A stretch of 62,141 bases of DNA, filler included, from Hausera hauseri (lineage: Eukaryota), in assembly GCA_046269625.1 (NCBI GenBank). It is 12 parts of 12 records of this genome, joined end to end, with 100 filler letters (N's around TTAATTAATTAA, not from the genome) between each part and the next. Parts side by side here need not be neighbours in the genome. Positions count along the whole stretch, not along the records: positions 1 to 4,027 come from JBJURY010809420.1; positions 4,128 to 8,873 come from JBJURY010451690.1; positions 8,974 to 13,773 come from JBJURY010432250.1; 9 more parts are not named here. The stretch is one strand, 5' to 3'. This document shows positions 1-11,949 of the stretch, piece after piece (within the stretch, counting starts at the first letter, position 1; each line of letters begins with the position of its first letter). Under the pieces are notes generated by a model. The model did no database searches, had not been told where the DNA came from, and saw only the letters and a program-made list of their open reading frames with translations. A program made the position numbers and the translations under genes.

Positions 1-320
1 GATTTGTATTTATAATGTTAATTGTGTGTGTGGTACGTTTGAAAGAAAAGGGGAGTATAATTGGAAAATGTAAAAAAAAGATGATGTAAAAAAATGTGAG
101 ACTGATTATGTAATATGTGATTGTGACGTAACCCCTGCGGACGATTATGGAGACAGATGGGTGGGGGAGCATATGGGCATTTGTGTGGATGGAATGTATA
201 AGTACATATATTGAATTGATGATACAAATGAGAATAAAAGAAATTATATATTGAAAATTGATTACAAATTAATTCAAAATGTTAAAAAGTATATAAATCA
301 AGAAAGCTTCTTAAAAGAAA

Positions 321-1460
321 ATGATAGTTGTTGATGAAATGCCAAAGGCGTTAAAAGGTTATTTGCAGATGATTGAAATTCATAAACCCAGATCCAAAGA
401 ACAAGTAAATGCCGAAATCTTACCAAAATGGACTATGAGACAGTATGAGATAAACTCTAGTTTGGAAATAATACTTGGCAGATGGGTAATTTGGAAATTG
501 TATCATTCCAACATTGATGAGATTATTATGCTTATATTCTGTACTGAAAAGATAAATTATGTGAGAATATCGATGGAAGAATTGATGAGGGATTACGGAT
601 CAGTGAGGGTTTTGGAGAGCCTCGCTCAAATACTCAAGATTCATGTTATGGGAATCGTCTATCCCAAAAGAAACAGATTAATTAATTCAGAATTACTGTT
701 CAGAAATGGATTGATATTACAAATTGAGATGAGTTTTTTCGTTACCTGTTCTGATAAATTAAATGATTATTGTGAGAATTTCAGATTCGTTCTTCAGGGA
801 TTATCGTATCCAATAACATTGAAGTGTGCAAAATGGAATTGGGAATCGTTTTTCGAAAACTTCTACATGATGACGAGTGATTGTATATACGTTATTAGAG
901 ACTGTCAGTGTGGAAAAAAAGTGTTATACCAGGTTGAAGGTACTATTTATTATAATTGTCCTTGTTGTTTCCCTTTGTCTCTCTCCCTGGTCGTCGGCGG
1001 GGGTTATATGAGGTATGCGAATGGATATGTGTTTGAGTTGATGGATGATGGGGCACTCATGAACGGGTTGGGAAAAGATATAGGAGTTATGAAGGGAATT
1101 GCATGTATTAATCAGTTCGAATTAGATGAGATGTTGAATGAGGAGGGAGGATATATAGCAAAAGGGTTCACGGAAGTTAGAGTGAAAAACAAAGTCAATA
1201 GGGGATGTATATCTTGTGCGACTAACCATGCTCAAGAGTTTAAGTCGGGATCAAAACTGAAGTACATAGAAATAAATAGGCTCAGCGGGGATTATGTGAG
1301 GGGGTTTTTGGATCGTATAATGGATGGATATAAATTGAATAATAAGATGAGTGTACTGGAACAAAAAATGTTAAATGAATTTTATTTAAATTCTCCAGGG
1401 ACAGTTCGGTTGTACAGATCCGGATGTAGAGTTTCCTTCGTGCCACATACAAAAAAATGA
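321..1460 (+). CDS. Intact 379-aa ORF of unknown function with Cys clusters (CQC...CPCC, CxxC..H)
   Basis: ATG start and stop-free for 379 codons in AT-rich DNA; no family recognised. Confidence 0.5.
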   Translation: MIVVDEMPKALKGYLQMIEIHKPRSKEQVNAEILPKWTMRQYEINSSLEIILGRWVIWKLYHSNIDEIIMLIFCTEKINYVRISMEELMRDYGSVRVLESLAQILKIHVMGIVYPKRNRLINSELLFRNGLILQIEMSFFVTCSDKLNDYCENFRFVLQGLSYPITLKCAKWNWESFFENFYMMTSDCIYVIRDCQCGKKVLYQVEGTIYYNCPCCFPLSLSLVVGGGYMRYANGYVFELMDDGALMNGLGKDIGVMKGIACINQFELDEMLNEEGGYIAKGFTEVRVKNKVNRGCISCATNHAQEFKSGSKLKYIEINRLSGDYVRGFLDRIMDGYKLNNKMSVLEQKMLNEFYLNSPGTVRLYRSGCRVSFVPHTKK

Positions 1461-2030
1461 ATCGGGCGATTGCGATCCCAATATCGAGTTTAAACCTATA
1501 AAAAAACGGAATTGCTTCTGAGTTTAAAGGAAATGGAATTGGAAGGCATTCCAATTATAGAGGAAACAAATATGAATTATGAAAATTATAAACTATCTAA
1601 ACCTGCAGGTTACACAAGCGTCACTGATAACAGTCCGATGTTTGCAATTGACTTTGAAATGGTTGATTGTTACGTTGAAAATTTGAAACGAAACCAAAAG
1701 AGATTGGCCTCACTAGCAATAGTTGATGAAACGGGAAAATCTGTTTACTTTACGTACGTTAAACCGCAGGACTTCATTGTCAACTCTTTAACTCCGTCAA
1801 CAGAATTACCCCGGAAATTTTGGAAAATGTCACAAAAATATTGGCTGATGTCCAACGAGATTTAGATGATATTTTACCATCGGATGCAATTTTGGCTGGA
1901 CATTCGATTAGAAATGATTTGGATACTTTACAGCTATTTCATCCGTACATTATTGACACGTCGACAATATTTAGTTTGTGTGGTAAACGGCAAGTTAAAG
2001 TTGGATTAAAGAATTTAACGAATATTTTCT
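1455..2030 (+). pseudogene. REXO5: Intronless fragment of DEDDh RNA exonuclease (REXO5/REXO1-like), frameshifted near 1795 and cut before ExoIII
   Basis: SPMFAIDFEMV (ExoI DxE), YVKPQDFIVN, ILAGHSIRNDLDTLQLFHPYIIDTS (ExoII). Confidence 0.7.
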
Positions 2031-2397
2031 TATTTTTTCTATTAAAAATCCTGAACGATGGAATTGACGGTATTGTCGGCGTGACTTGTGTTTATCCCAT
2101 CGATTTGGTGAAAACTTGATTACAGAACCAACAAGAGGGAATGCGAATGCATAAAGGAAGGTTTGACTGTGCAACGAAGACGTTTAAATCAGAAGGATTT
2201 TTTAAAATGTATAGTGGGAGTGGTGTTAATTTGTTGTTGATAACGCCGGAAAAGTCGATCAGATTGGTCGATAAAGATTTCTTTCGATATTTGCTGAAAG
2301 CAGAAGGAAAAAAATTACAGCCATTTCATAAAATGTTACCGGTGGTGGTGCTGGTACGTGTCAGATTATCGTTACGACTCCAATGGAATTGTTGTTA
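2031..2397 (+). pseudogene. SLC25A22: Intronless fragment of mitochondrial glutamate carrier (SLC25A22/18-like), with a stop at 2117 and a frameshift near 2340
   Basis: GIVGVTCVYPIDLVKT*LQNQ, KSEGFFKMYSGSGVNLLLITPEKSIRL, then in another frame GGGAGTCQIIVTTPMELL. Confidence 0.75.
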
Positions 2398-2714
2398 ATA
2401 TTGTACAAAATACCCGAGAGTAAGTTTTGCGAGTATTAGGACTGGGCCAAATCTATAAGTCCTCCTTTCGCCATATATAGTCTGACTTTGAATCTGTTCT
2501 GTGTTCTGATGATAAAGTTAAGCATCTTCATTTGCCTTCTGCAACCGGTCTCTTGTTAGTTTCACCAGGTATTGAATATGGACAATTTGCAGGTGAAAAT
2601 TCCATAGTCTAGTTTCTGCCCTGTTTATAGGAATTTGTTAAAACATTAGTTTTCCCATGGTATGAAATGACAAAAGGCTAATGATCCTGTAAACAACCGC
2701 TTATTGGTTTCGAT

Positions 2715-4027
2715 TAAAAAACGCTACAGCATGTTACCTTTGCCACGAATAAGGCACTAAATTTGTTAGGGATCACTGCCATATTACGGGTAAATATTTG
2801 AGCTCAGCTTGTAATCAGTGTAACTTGGCTCGTAAGATAAGAGATAATTTACCTGGTATATTTCACAATTTGCGTGAATATGACCTGCATCATATCTTGA
2901 AACACGCATTAAGTAAATTTGATAGTTGGGAATTAAGTGTTGTTCAGCAAACAACTGAAAAGTTCCTATCAATGCAGGCAGTGATAGGCTGCTCAGCAAA
3001 AAAGTCAGTGTCCATTCGATTCCTCGACTCGTTACAGTTTCTACCTGCTTCACAGAAGACTTTGGCTTCCAATCTAGATAGTTACCCACTTACTGAGTCT
3101 GCTTTTCCTTCGGACATTATTAAAGGAAAATGTATTTTTCCATATACTACTGCAAAAGCTTTCAGTGACTTGCAATTCATTAAGCAGTTACCGCCGAAAT
3201 GGGATGGTGTTAGTGATAGCGATTATGAGGAAGCGCAAACGGCTTGGTCAAAATACAGTTGTAACTCTCGTTTGGATTATATGTTGGTATATATGAAGCG
3301 AGACATATACTTGTTAGGCGATGTTTTTGAACGCTTTAGAAAGGAAGTTAAGATGCAGGATGGTTTAGAGGCTGTTAATTTCCTTTCTATTCCGGGTTTA
3401 TCTGGGGCAACTGCACTAAAAACGATCCCGTGCTGTATTGAACTCATACAGAACCCTGAGATGTACTATTTCTTTCAATCGGGTATTCGCGGTGGTATGA
3501 CTTTTGTAAATAAGCATAGGGTTGTCTCCGATAAAAGCCCCAGTCTCTTTTACATATATGTAAACAATTTATACGGCTGGGCTTTACCGCAACCACTGCC
3601 ATTTGCGAATTTGGTATGGATATATGATGAGAATAAGTTAACTAACCTGATTGAACAATTGCCCTATATTGAGGGTTAGTCTTTGAAGTTGACTTAAGCA
3701 TTCCGGATGACAAACATCATAAGTTGGACCAATTGCCTCTATCCCCAATTAATAAATGTCCTCCTCGTTCAAAAGTTAAGAAACTGTTACTTACATATGC
3801 GCGTAAGTCCAACGATGTTGTTCACTACAGGTTCTTACAGTTGTACATCGAGTTAGGCGCTATAGTTGAAAAGATACATCGGGCCGTTGAGTTTGACCAG
3901 GGTTATGTCTTTAAGGATTATATCGAACTAAACATTGCAAAGAGGGCTCCAGGAAATAATCCTTTTGAAACAGACTTTTTAAGCTTAAGAACAATAACTT
4001 ATACGACAAAACTGTTGAAAATCTGCT
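2715..4027 (+). pseudogene. Degenerate protein-primed family-B DNA polymerase (Polinton/adintovirus-like), truncated at contig end
   Basis: RDHCHITGKY..ACNQCNL (Endo VII-like Zn), FHNLREYDLH (ExoII), IRFLDSLQFL, GIRGG, YVNNLYGWAL (Pol motif A). Confidence 0.85.
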
Positions 4028-4127
4028 NNNNNNNNNNNNNNNNNNNNNNNNNNNNNNNNNNNNNNNNNNNNTTAATTAATTAANNNNNNNNNNNNNNNNN
4101 NNNNNNNNNNNNNNNNNNNNNNNNNNN
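4028..4127. other. Artificial contig linker N44-TTAATTAATTAA-N44 (stops in six frames). Identical linkers at 8874-8973, 13774-13873, 17952-18051, 26642-26741, 30922-31021, 35150-35249, 39880-39979, 44134-44233, 52505-52604, 57860-57959
   Basis: Eleven identical 100-nt blocks; also 10-N scaffold gaps at 14317-14326 and 45219-45228. Confidence 0.99.
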
Positions 4128-4163
4128 CTGGAAAAAGTATAAATACCTTTCATTTTTACAAAA

Positions 4164-4652
4164 ATGCTGAGCAACATCAACTACAGAGGTGTCACTACAG
4201 TTTCATTGGGTGAATTCAAATTCGTATGTAGACCTAAACAGTGTGCTTTATGATACCCAGAATATGCGATTATATTATTCCTCCGTGAAAAATGCAGAAT
4301 AATGGGATGTAAGAAGCCCATTGATCCGTGAAGTTTGCCCTACAATATATCAATTGTGAAAATACAATTACTTACAGTTACATGTGATTTTGGCCAACCA
4401 ATAGATCTGAACGCATTGGCTCAGAATCATCCTAGATGTCTCTATAAACCAGAATTATTTCCGGCACTAAGATTAACTTGCTATAATCCTCTATGTGTAA
4501 ATGTATTTCATACGGGTGAAATTGTCATTACCGGTTTGAAGAATTCGAATTATAATGATTTTGTTACTTGTGTTTTGGATAATATATTATTATCGACTTA
4601 TATCTCTTTTCAAAAAACGCAACACGTGTGTATACAAAAACAACTTTGTTAA
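4164..4652 (+). pseudogene. Compact intronless TATA-binding-protein-like gene with two in-frame TGA stops
   Basis: Repeat 2: IQLLTVTCDFGQPIDLNALA..YKPELFPALRL..VNVFHTGEIVITGLK; short repeat 1: IILFLREKCRIMGCK; TATAAATA at 4138 before ATG 4164. Confidence 0.75.
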
Positions 4653-4975
4653 CACAACAATAAGAAGCTACCTTACCTCTACATGATCAATCATGTATAT
4701 CACCCTCCTCTTCTTCTTCTTCGATAATATCGATTTTCATTTCGTCATCACCACATTCACTGTGTCGGCAATCTTCGCAGCAGTCCTCGATCAATTCAGT
4801 ATCTTCAATTGGATTAGCTGCATCGAATTGAGTACATGTATATTCTGTAACATCTTCTTCAAAGCAGGAATTATAATCTTTGTTCATATAAGATTTATTA
4901 ATATTGTCTGTTATGTAGGTCATATTCCATATTTAGCACTTGTTTATACACCTCAACATTATGTGCATTTGTTTT

Positions 4976-5060
4976 AATGCATGAACTTGTCACGTATTTA
5001 TTATATTTCTTGTCATTGTTTGTTTTAAAGTATCAAATGATTTAAATATGTGGGCGCCAT
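4976..5060 (+). repeat. Imperfect direct repeat, partner at 7597-7695, bracketing the PolB fragment
   Basis: Both begin aatgcatgaacttgtcacgta and end aatgatttaaatatgtgg..ggcgccat. Confidence 0.8.
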
Positions 5061-7092
5061 TTCGTTTCCTTGAGTTCTTCGGAAGGCAGGTTCTTCACTA
5101 AACTGTTCAATAAAGACGACATGTATCAAAAACTATCGATGAAGCGAAGTCGGATTTTACCAACATGCTTAGTGAAAGTGATATATTTCTCCTCACTGTT
5201 GGGGATCACATCTATATTGCCATCAATGTTGCCTAATTTTCGGACTACGAAGTGGCTGTTATAACCGCTGAGATTATGGAATACTACAGGCTCATATTTG
5301 CATGTTTTTCAGCGAAGATTGCAGTTGTTACATTCTGTGCCCCGATATGCACCTGTAAAATGGCAGTGATCCTTGACTTTCCAATTTTTCTTGGTAAAGG
5401 ACTTGTCGCACAAGTAGCATGATGTTGCCTTGCGCCATTCTTCTTCTTGCATCCAAGACATGCTCATGTTGTCCTTATGTTGTTGCAGCATGTTTTGAGG
5501 CTTATGAGTCATGTCTTTAAGTCTCTTCATGAAATGTGCTGCTGCACATATACCCCTGAATAGATAGTGTTCACTGGCCAATCCTTTGGCATACATACAA
5601 TACGACGATAATTCATAATATTGGTATGCCGTTGTACTGCTATATTGAGGACTGGTACTGCATGTGTGAACTGGCCTGAGAATGACCTCAAAGGCGCAAT
5701 AGACGACAATTGGGACCTTGATCTTCTTCTCGAATTTCTTAAATTCGATATAGTCCTCTTTGGGAAATTCTGACCTTGCACAATAATTGTTGTTGCAGTA
5801 CATCTTGTGCTCTTTAAGTTTGTCCACGGCATCTTCACCACTGAAATGTAAAAAGCACCGTTTGCGTATTTTGATTCAGTGTTCATGCTTTGTTATTTGG
5901 GATTTGACTAGACGCCCAAAGTTTTTGATCCAAACATAATGTTTTTATCAACATCGTCTAGTCGGAGCAGATTCATATGATCTCCCAATTCATCATCACA
6001 TATTTGCAAGGGGTAGAATTTGCCCTCCTCATCCAATCCAAAGATATTGATGGACATGTTGTTGGTGTGACTGAACTTATTGATTTCATTTATGGATGGA
6101 GGGAATGTGATACGCTGAAAGTCGTATTTGCGTTGGAGATCATTATATAGCCAAATTCGATCTGCTGCATGTTTGTAATCCCGTACGAGTTTACATAAAA
6201 TGGCATATATAAAGCACTTGTTGTCATTAATATGGACATTGATGCAAGCCTTTTTCTACCAAATTTATTCCGAAAGCTGTATATATTAACTGCCTTACAT
6301 GGGGGAGTATCTATCCACATATATAAGCAGTCTCTTGATGGTTGCCAGAGCCCATCCACTCTTCTTATCCTGACTCTCATCGGCTTCACGGATCAGCTTC
6401 GTATGCTCTTCATGCACCCAATCAGTTATATTTGTGTTTTCTAATATGGGCCTATTTTTGGTCTTGAAGGCCCTATTTGATTCTTCAGCATCGACATTGA
6501 CGTATGTGGCCTCAAGTTTCATATTAACCTTAAGGGCCTTGAGCTCAGTCATATTGTCCTGGAGAATGCCCTCTGTTTCTTCCTTTGCATATTCCAGGAA
6601 CTCCTGGATGGTTGTTTGCCCAGCTGCAACAATGATATATTTGCGGACTTTTTTCTTTAATGCATCAGTATCAACTGGCCGCTGTCTTTGGCTTTTTGGC
6701 GGAACCGCTATGCATGTTGAGCCCGATGCATCTGATGGACCTGATTGGCCTGATGGGCGTATTAATTCTGAATCTCGATGTACTAAAGGCTGTACTTCTG
6801 CAGGCTATACTGCTGCGTCTGGCTATACTGCGGATTGTGCAAATGGTCTATACTCATTAAATATGATCTTATTGGACTTTGATCCGAAGTCAGTCAAATG
6901 ATGCTTGTAGTCTTCAGAAACCTGAATGTATTCTCCATCACATACAGTCTCACATCCTGGGCAAATATAATAGAGGATCCTATTGAATTTGTGGCCATAG
7001 TAGCTCCTCATGGTATTCTCGCAATTCTCAGGGTTATGTATTGTACATGTGCAATACACATATGAACTGCACCTTTGGTTTTCCTTTGACAC
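5061..7092 (-). pseudogene. N-terminal half of degenerate pPolB (paralog of 27236-30846), truncated after IRLRFIDSF
   Basis: DKKSGWAL, KKACINVHNDNKCF, C2H2-like region, KVKDHCHFTGAYRGTECNNCNLR, FHNLSGYNSHF. Confidence 0.85.
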
Positions 7093-8639
7093 AAAGACGT
7101 TATTGGCATATTAGTACTGAATATTTGTTTTTTCGACTAGGCGAAGGAAATCAAGTGCTGTTTATGGACATTGTAAAATTTCTCGTACCCTGTCCTGCAC
7201 ACTACCTCACATGTAGGGCATAATACTGAACCCTGTTGAAGATATGCCCAAAGTATTTCATCATAATACTATGGAAATTTTCCGTCTCACGGATTGGAGC
7301 CAAGCACTCTGTAAAGTTTGCACATCTAAACAAAGCAATTATTTGATGAGCACAAATAAGAAAACTAACCTTTCGCGGAAGTGAATTTGGAAATAATGAA
7401 AGATATAGCTATGTAAATGTGCACTGCCTAATTTTGACAATTGATGCTGTAAAACAAAACATGAAAAGAAATAATATGGATGCAGTAAAACAAAACACAT
7501 GTAAGGAAATAATTTTAATAGTGGGGTAACTTTGGCACTTCATATTGTTGCCAATACGTTGTATTGTCAACATCATACGTTTGTTTTAATGCATCAAATG
7601 CATGAACTTGTCACGTAATTATGCCATCGTATTGCTTGTCAACATCATGCGTTTGTTTTAATTCATAAAATGATTTAAATATGTGGCGGCGCCATATTCG
7701 AATAGGTTTTCATATATGCGGAATCGACTAAGCCATCAAATTCTTCGAATAATGCATGCTTGGCCGAGTATTCGAGTTCGAATCGATAATTCTTCGATTT
7801 CGAATAATGTATTCGAATATCTGATATCGGATTCGTAATCGCTATATATGCTTTCCTATCTGTGTATGCTTAAAGATTTATCGATTTTAGTGTGCTTCAC
7901 CTTCAAATTCACTTCAATTGCTTAATAAATATAAGAATTACTTAGCATTTATTAAGTACTTTTACCATATTGGAAAACCTTGTTTTTATACAGCGCGGTG
8001 CACTGCACCGCACTAATATTGACTGCCATATACGTTTCCACCAATGAGAATTCGAATGACTTCATTAGATTCTTTGAATAATAGATGTTCAACCGAATAT
8101 TTGAGTTCGAATAGCTAAGCATTCTACTTGTAAGCTCGAATTTGAATATATAATGTCATATTCCAATTCAACATACATGGCTTACTATCCGATCCCGCTA
8201 TTAGATTTATTGATTTTTGCTTCACTGGACTTTAAATGCACATTTTACTTAATTCGAAATATTGATTTTGTATCTATATATATCATTTTCATAGAATAAT
8301 TTTTATGTCTACGGGATTTTCATATATGGGAAATCGATTGCCGTTGTTAGGTTTTTAGAATAGTTCGAAATTCGATATTCGAGCTCGAAAATATACGAAT
8401 TTCGAATATTTGAATCGATATTCGAGATTGCCATATTCAGCTTCCTATCTGTCCCCGCTAATAATATTATTGAATTTTGACTCCTTAGGACCTAAAAAAC
8501 CTATGGGGAGTCTGTCTCAGTTGCAATTTAGATCGATATTATTCGAAAATTAATTGATAAGTTTAAATTCTAACTACACATCCATATACTGCACCATGTT
8601 TCTGTTCGAATGCACCCGATCACATGTCCTAATCACCAA

Positions 8640-8873
8640 TATTGGAAATATCGGAAATCCAATATTATTGATTTTTGCACATTTGCACGTGTTTTTGCAC
8701 TGCACAGTATACAGAGTTCACAGGAGCATCTCGATGAACTCTATCCATCTGCACTTGACCCCAATCGATTCCGTCCATCCTACGCTGCACAATGACAGAA
8801 AATGTGAAAAGTAAAAAAGTGCCTTAGCAACCGTATTGGAAATATCGGAAATCCAATATTATTGATTTTTGCA
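8640..8873. repeat. Perfect 40-bp direct repeat (8640-8679, 8834-8873), probably a ~194-bp tandem unit cut by the contig end
   Basis: tattggaaatatcggaaatccaatattattgatttttgca twice. Confidence 0.8.
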
Positions 8874-10471
8874 NNNNNNNNNNNNNNNNNNNNNNNNNNN
8901 NNNNNNNNNNNNNNNNNTTAATTAATTAANNNNNNNNNNNNNNNNNNNNNNNNNNNNNNNNNNNNNNNNNNNNTATTATTAATTATCATCTTGTTATTTC
9001 CTGGAGTAATAGGACAGATGATTAATTCAGAGACTGAACGAGCAAAAATATGACATGCCATAGCTATACAAGAAGATATGTTAATGAAAGCCCTACAGTA
9101 TAAAATAACATTCAGAGAAAGGTCAGAAAATAATAATTTGGAGTATGTTAGATCAAATGCCATCAACATATATAATGGGAATACAAATGATACCTTGGCA
9201 TGATAACAGAAGAGACCCTAATGAGCGACAGTATAATTGCCTATTCCACGCAGAGACCAATCATACAGAGTGTCTGGTACAAAACTCAGGTGTTCATTAC
9301 ATATACCTTACACTCATAAGGAAACAAGGAGATTATTATAGAAGCCAGAAAACGAAATTTTTTAGATCAATAGTAATCCCTACTAGACAACAGATGAATG
9401 AAACCTTATTAGACGAAATGATACTTAACCAAATGATAGCAAGACCCATGGGATTAAAAAGCGGGAGAAGCTGCATAGAGATCATAACAATGATACAATT
9501 GGTACATACTCGACGAATGATGATAAAGTTAATAGAGACAGTGATTCCAGAAGTTAGAGTTTGCAGGATCAAAGGTAATCATTAGCGAGTCTGTTGTATG
9601 GTTACAAGAGGAAAAATATACCATATCTATTATCTTCTGTTTCGAAAAAGAAATTGAAAATTCATGTATCCGGTAGAACGAAAAGGATCAACAATGTTCA
9701 TACAAAATAAGATTCAAAGAGTACGATGATATACAAGAAAAGATCACGACGCCATTTGTGCAGTCCTCGGGTGATGAAAAAGATGACTATCTTGATTAAA
9801 TCCTACGCTTCATATTATCGTCAAAAAATTTCCATATGGGATAACGTAACCATCATAGCAGCCCCCACTGCACTAATTATCTCCGTTAAATCAGATCTTA
9901 ATGTCGTAAAAATTAAATTCAGCTGTAAGAAACAAGATATAGTAGCTGTTAGGATCGGATAGCGTTAGGATCAGATAGCGATAGATAGCAACTCGAATGG
10001 ATAGCAGATAAATGGCAATTCGAATTGATAAAGAATTCAAAATCGATTAATTGGTTCAAAATCGATTAACTGACAATGACTCGAACCTCTAAATCGATTT
10101 TATTTTACTTTTGAGAAGACTGTACCAAATATGAATAAACATTGTATGAACATTTTATGAACTTGAACATTCTGTATATAGTATGAACAAACATTATATG
10201 AACATTTTGTGAATTGTACATCAACCTTATAACAGTTATATATTAGTAAACATTCTGTGTATATATGATTTTTCTTGTGTTCTATTGTCGAGCCTCCATG
10301 ATGGGCATTTTTATTGTGCTGTTGTCTGTAAATTAATTGTGACCCATTTTTTACAGCCATTATGAAAACATGAATGTTACCTGAATTGTAAATTAGAAAT
10401 GGAAATTAGTTAGTAGTTTGATTCGAATTAGTCAGCAACTTAATTATAGAAAATTGAATCAACCAGCTGTT

Positions 10472-10650
10472 TGACGTCAAATGATTATAAAATTCACCAG
10501 GATGACGTCAAAAAATAAAATTAGATTATGAAATTCACATATCCGCTATTACCAGGATGACGTCAAAAAATAAAATTAGATTTCAAAATGAAAATAGAAA
10601 ATTAAATTTAGATATCCGCACTGAATGCACTGAATAGAAGAGTATAAATA
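10472..10650 (+). promoter_or_regulatory. Candidate Pol II promoter: three CRE palindromes plus TATA
   Basis: TGACGTCA at 10472, 10503, 10558 (last two within a 31-bp direct repeat); TATAAATA at 10643. Confidence 0.4.
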
Positions 10651-11949
10651 CACATGAAAATATAACACAAACACACATCAAATTTATTGTACTGAAACTT
10701 ATTGAGCTAAACATTATTCCGACAAGGAGGTATTTACGCCTATATTGAGGTATTTTACATTTGTTTGAGGTTATTATCGTTCATTGTATTCACATTGATA
10801 GAAGAGAAATAGTCCTAAGTCAATACAATATTTTACGAAACGTCATCTCATCAAAAGCAGTATTTTACGAATTATTATCATGGCTGATCAAGAGAACAAT
10901 CGTCCCGACTCACAGGTTGACATGTCAGGTAGATATTTGATGTTTAATTGTATGAGTTTCAAAGTAATGGTTGTAGTATTATTTATGGTCTTATGTATTT
11001 ATGATTTGTAATATCAATAAAATTTAGTCAAATAATTTGAACCGCAGGTTTATTTCAAATGTTAACGAAAACGACTCTCATTTTACTTTAGATATGCTAG
11101 ACAACGGCACTGAACAAGTAGAGTTAACCTGACCATGGCAGATAGTCACAAGCAGAGTATTAACACTGCCTGGAAGATATGGAATGGCTATTAATTGGGA
11201 CGTGACAATCCGTGGTTATCATACAGAAGATCTTCCAATAACCAGCTCTACGAATACGGTGCTATTTGGGAAATCCGTACGACCTTAAACGATGACTAAA
11301 GGGATTTCGTTGTGGGAGTCTCAGGTTATGACGACTGAAACATAAAGAGTATTAGAATGGTTATATATCGAATATATATATTCGTTTTTACTTTAAACCG
11401 TGTATTTATATTAAATGAGTCATTAGACCCTATTCCTATACTGATAAATTAAATTAGCAATGCTAGAAGCTAAAACACGGTTCATTGCCTGGTATAGCAA
11501 TGTTTGCCATTTCTATGGAAGAAGTAGAATTATTGCCAGTATAGTAATACAAAATATCGATCATGACATTGTAAGATTACCACTGACTGTAAATATTCAT
11601 CCAAGTAAACTGCAACATTAGTACAATGGATATAAGATAACTTATTAAGACAACATGTTTCTTTCACGGTGGACTTACGACGTGGTAATGATATGGAACT
11701 TTGATGTAATATTTATACAGAAATAGACCTCGCTATCTGGGAGCAGCCTTATTTCTCATTCGAGGTATGACCGATTTCAAAGAAAGAAGATTATGTATAA
11801 ATTTGTTGATTCTTAATTATTTCATGTTGTTGTATTGCATTGTCATCTGGCAAGGGTGATTATTAAGACATTTGTATTGAATGTTTATCGAATTATCGTA
11901 TAATTAGATTTGTTAGAATTGTATAAATTACTTATTGTTTGAGCATTAA

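Noticed and set aside
2117-4331. UGA recoding, since several in-frame stops are TGA
   Set aside because: They sit at Arg/Trp-compatible positions in frameshifted pseudogenes, and TAA/TAG lesions are common elsewhere; ordinary decay explains them
2715-4652. pPolB (contig 1) and TBP-like gene as one operon-like unit
   Set aside because: Separated by a linker, so adjacency is not evidence of linkage
8974-9962. ORF remnants with a signal-like start (e.g. 9145-9585)
   Set aside because: No recognisable family and fragmented; cannot support a product
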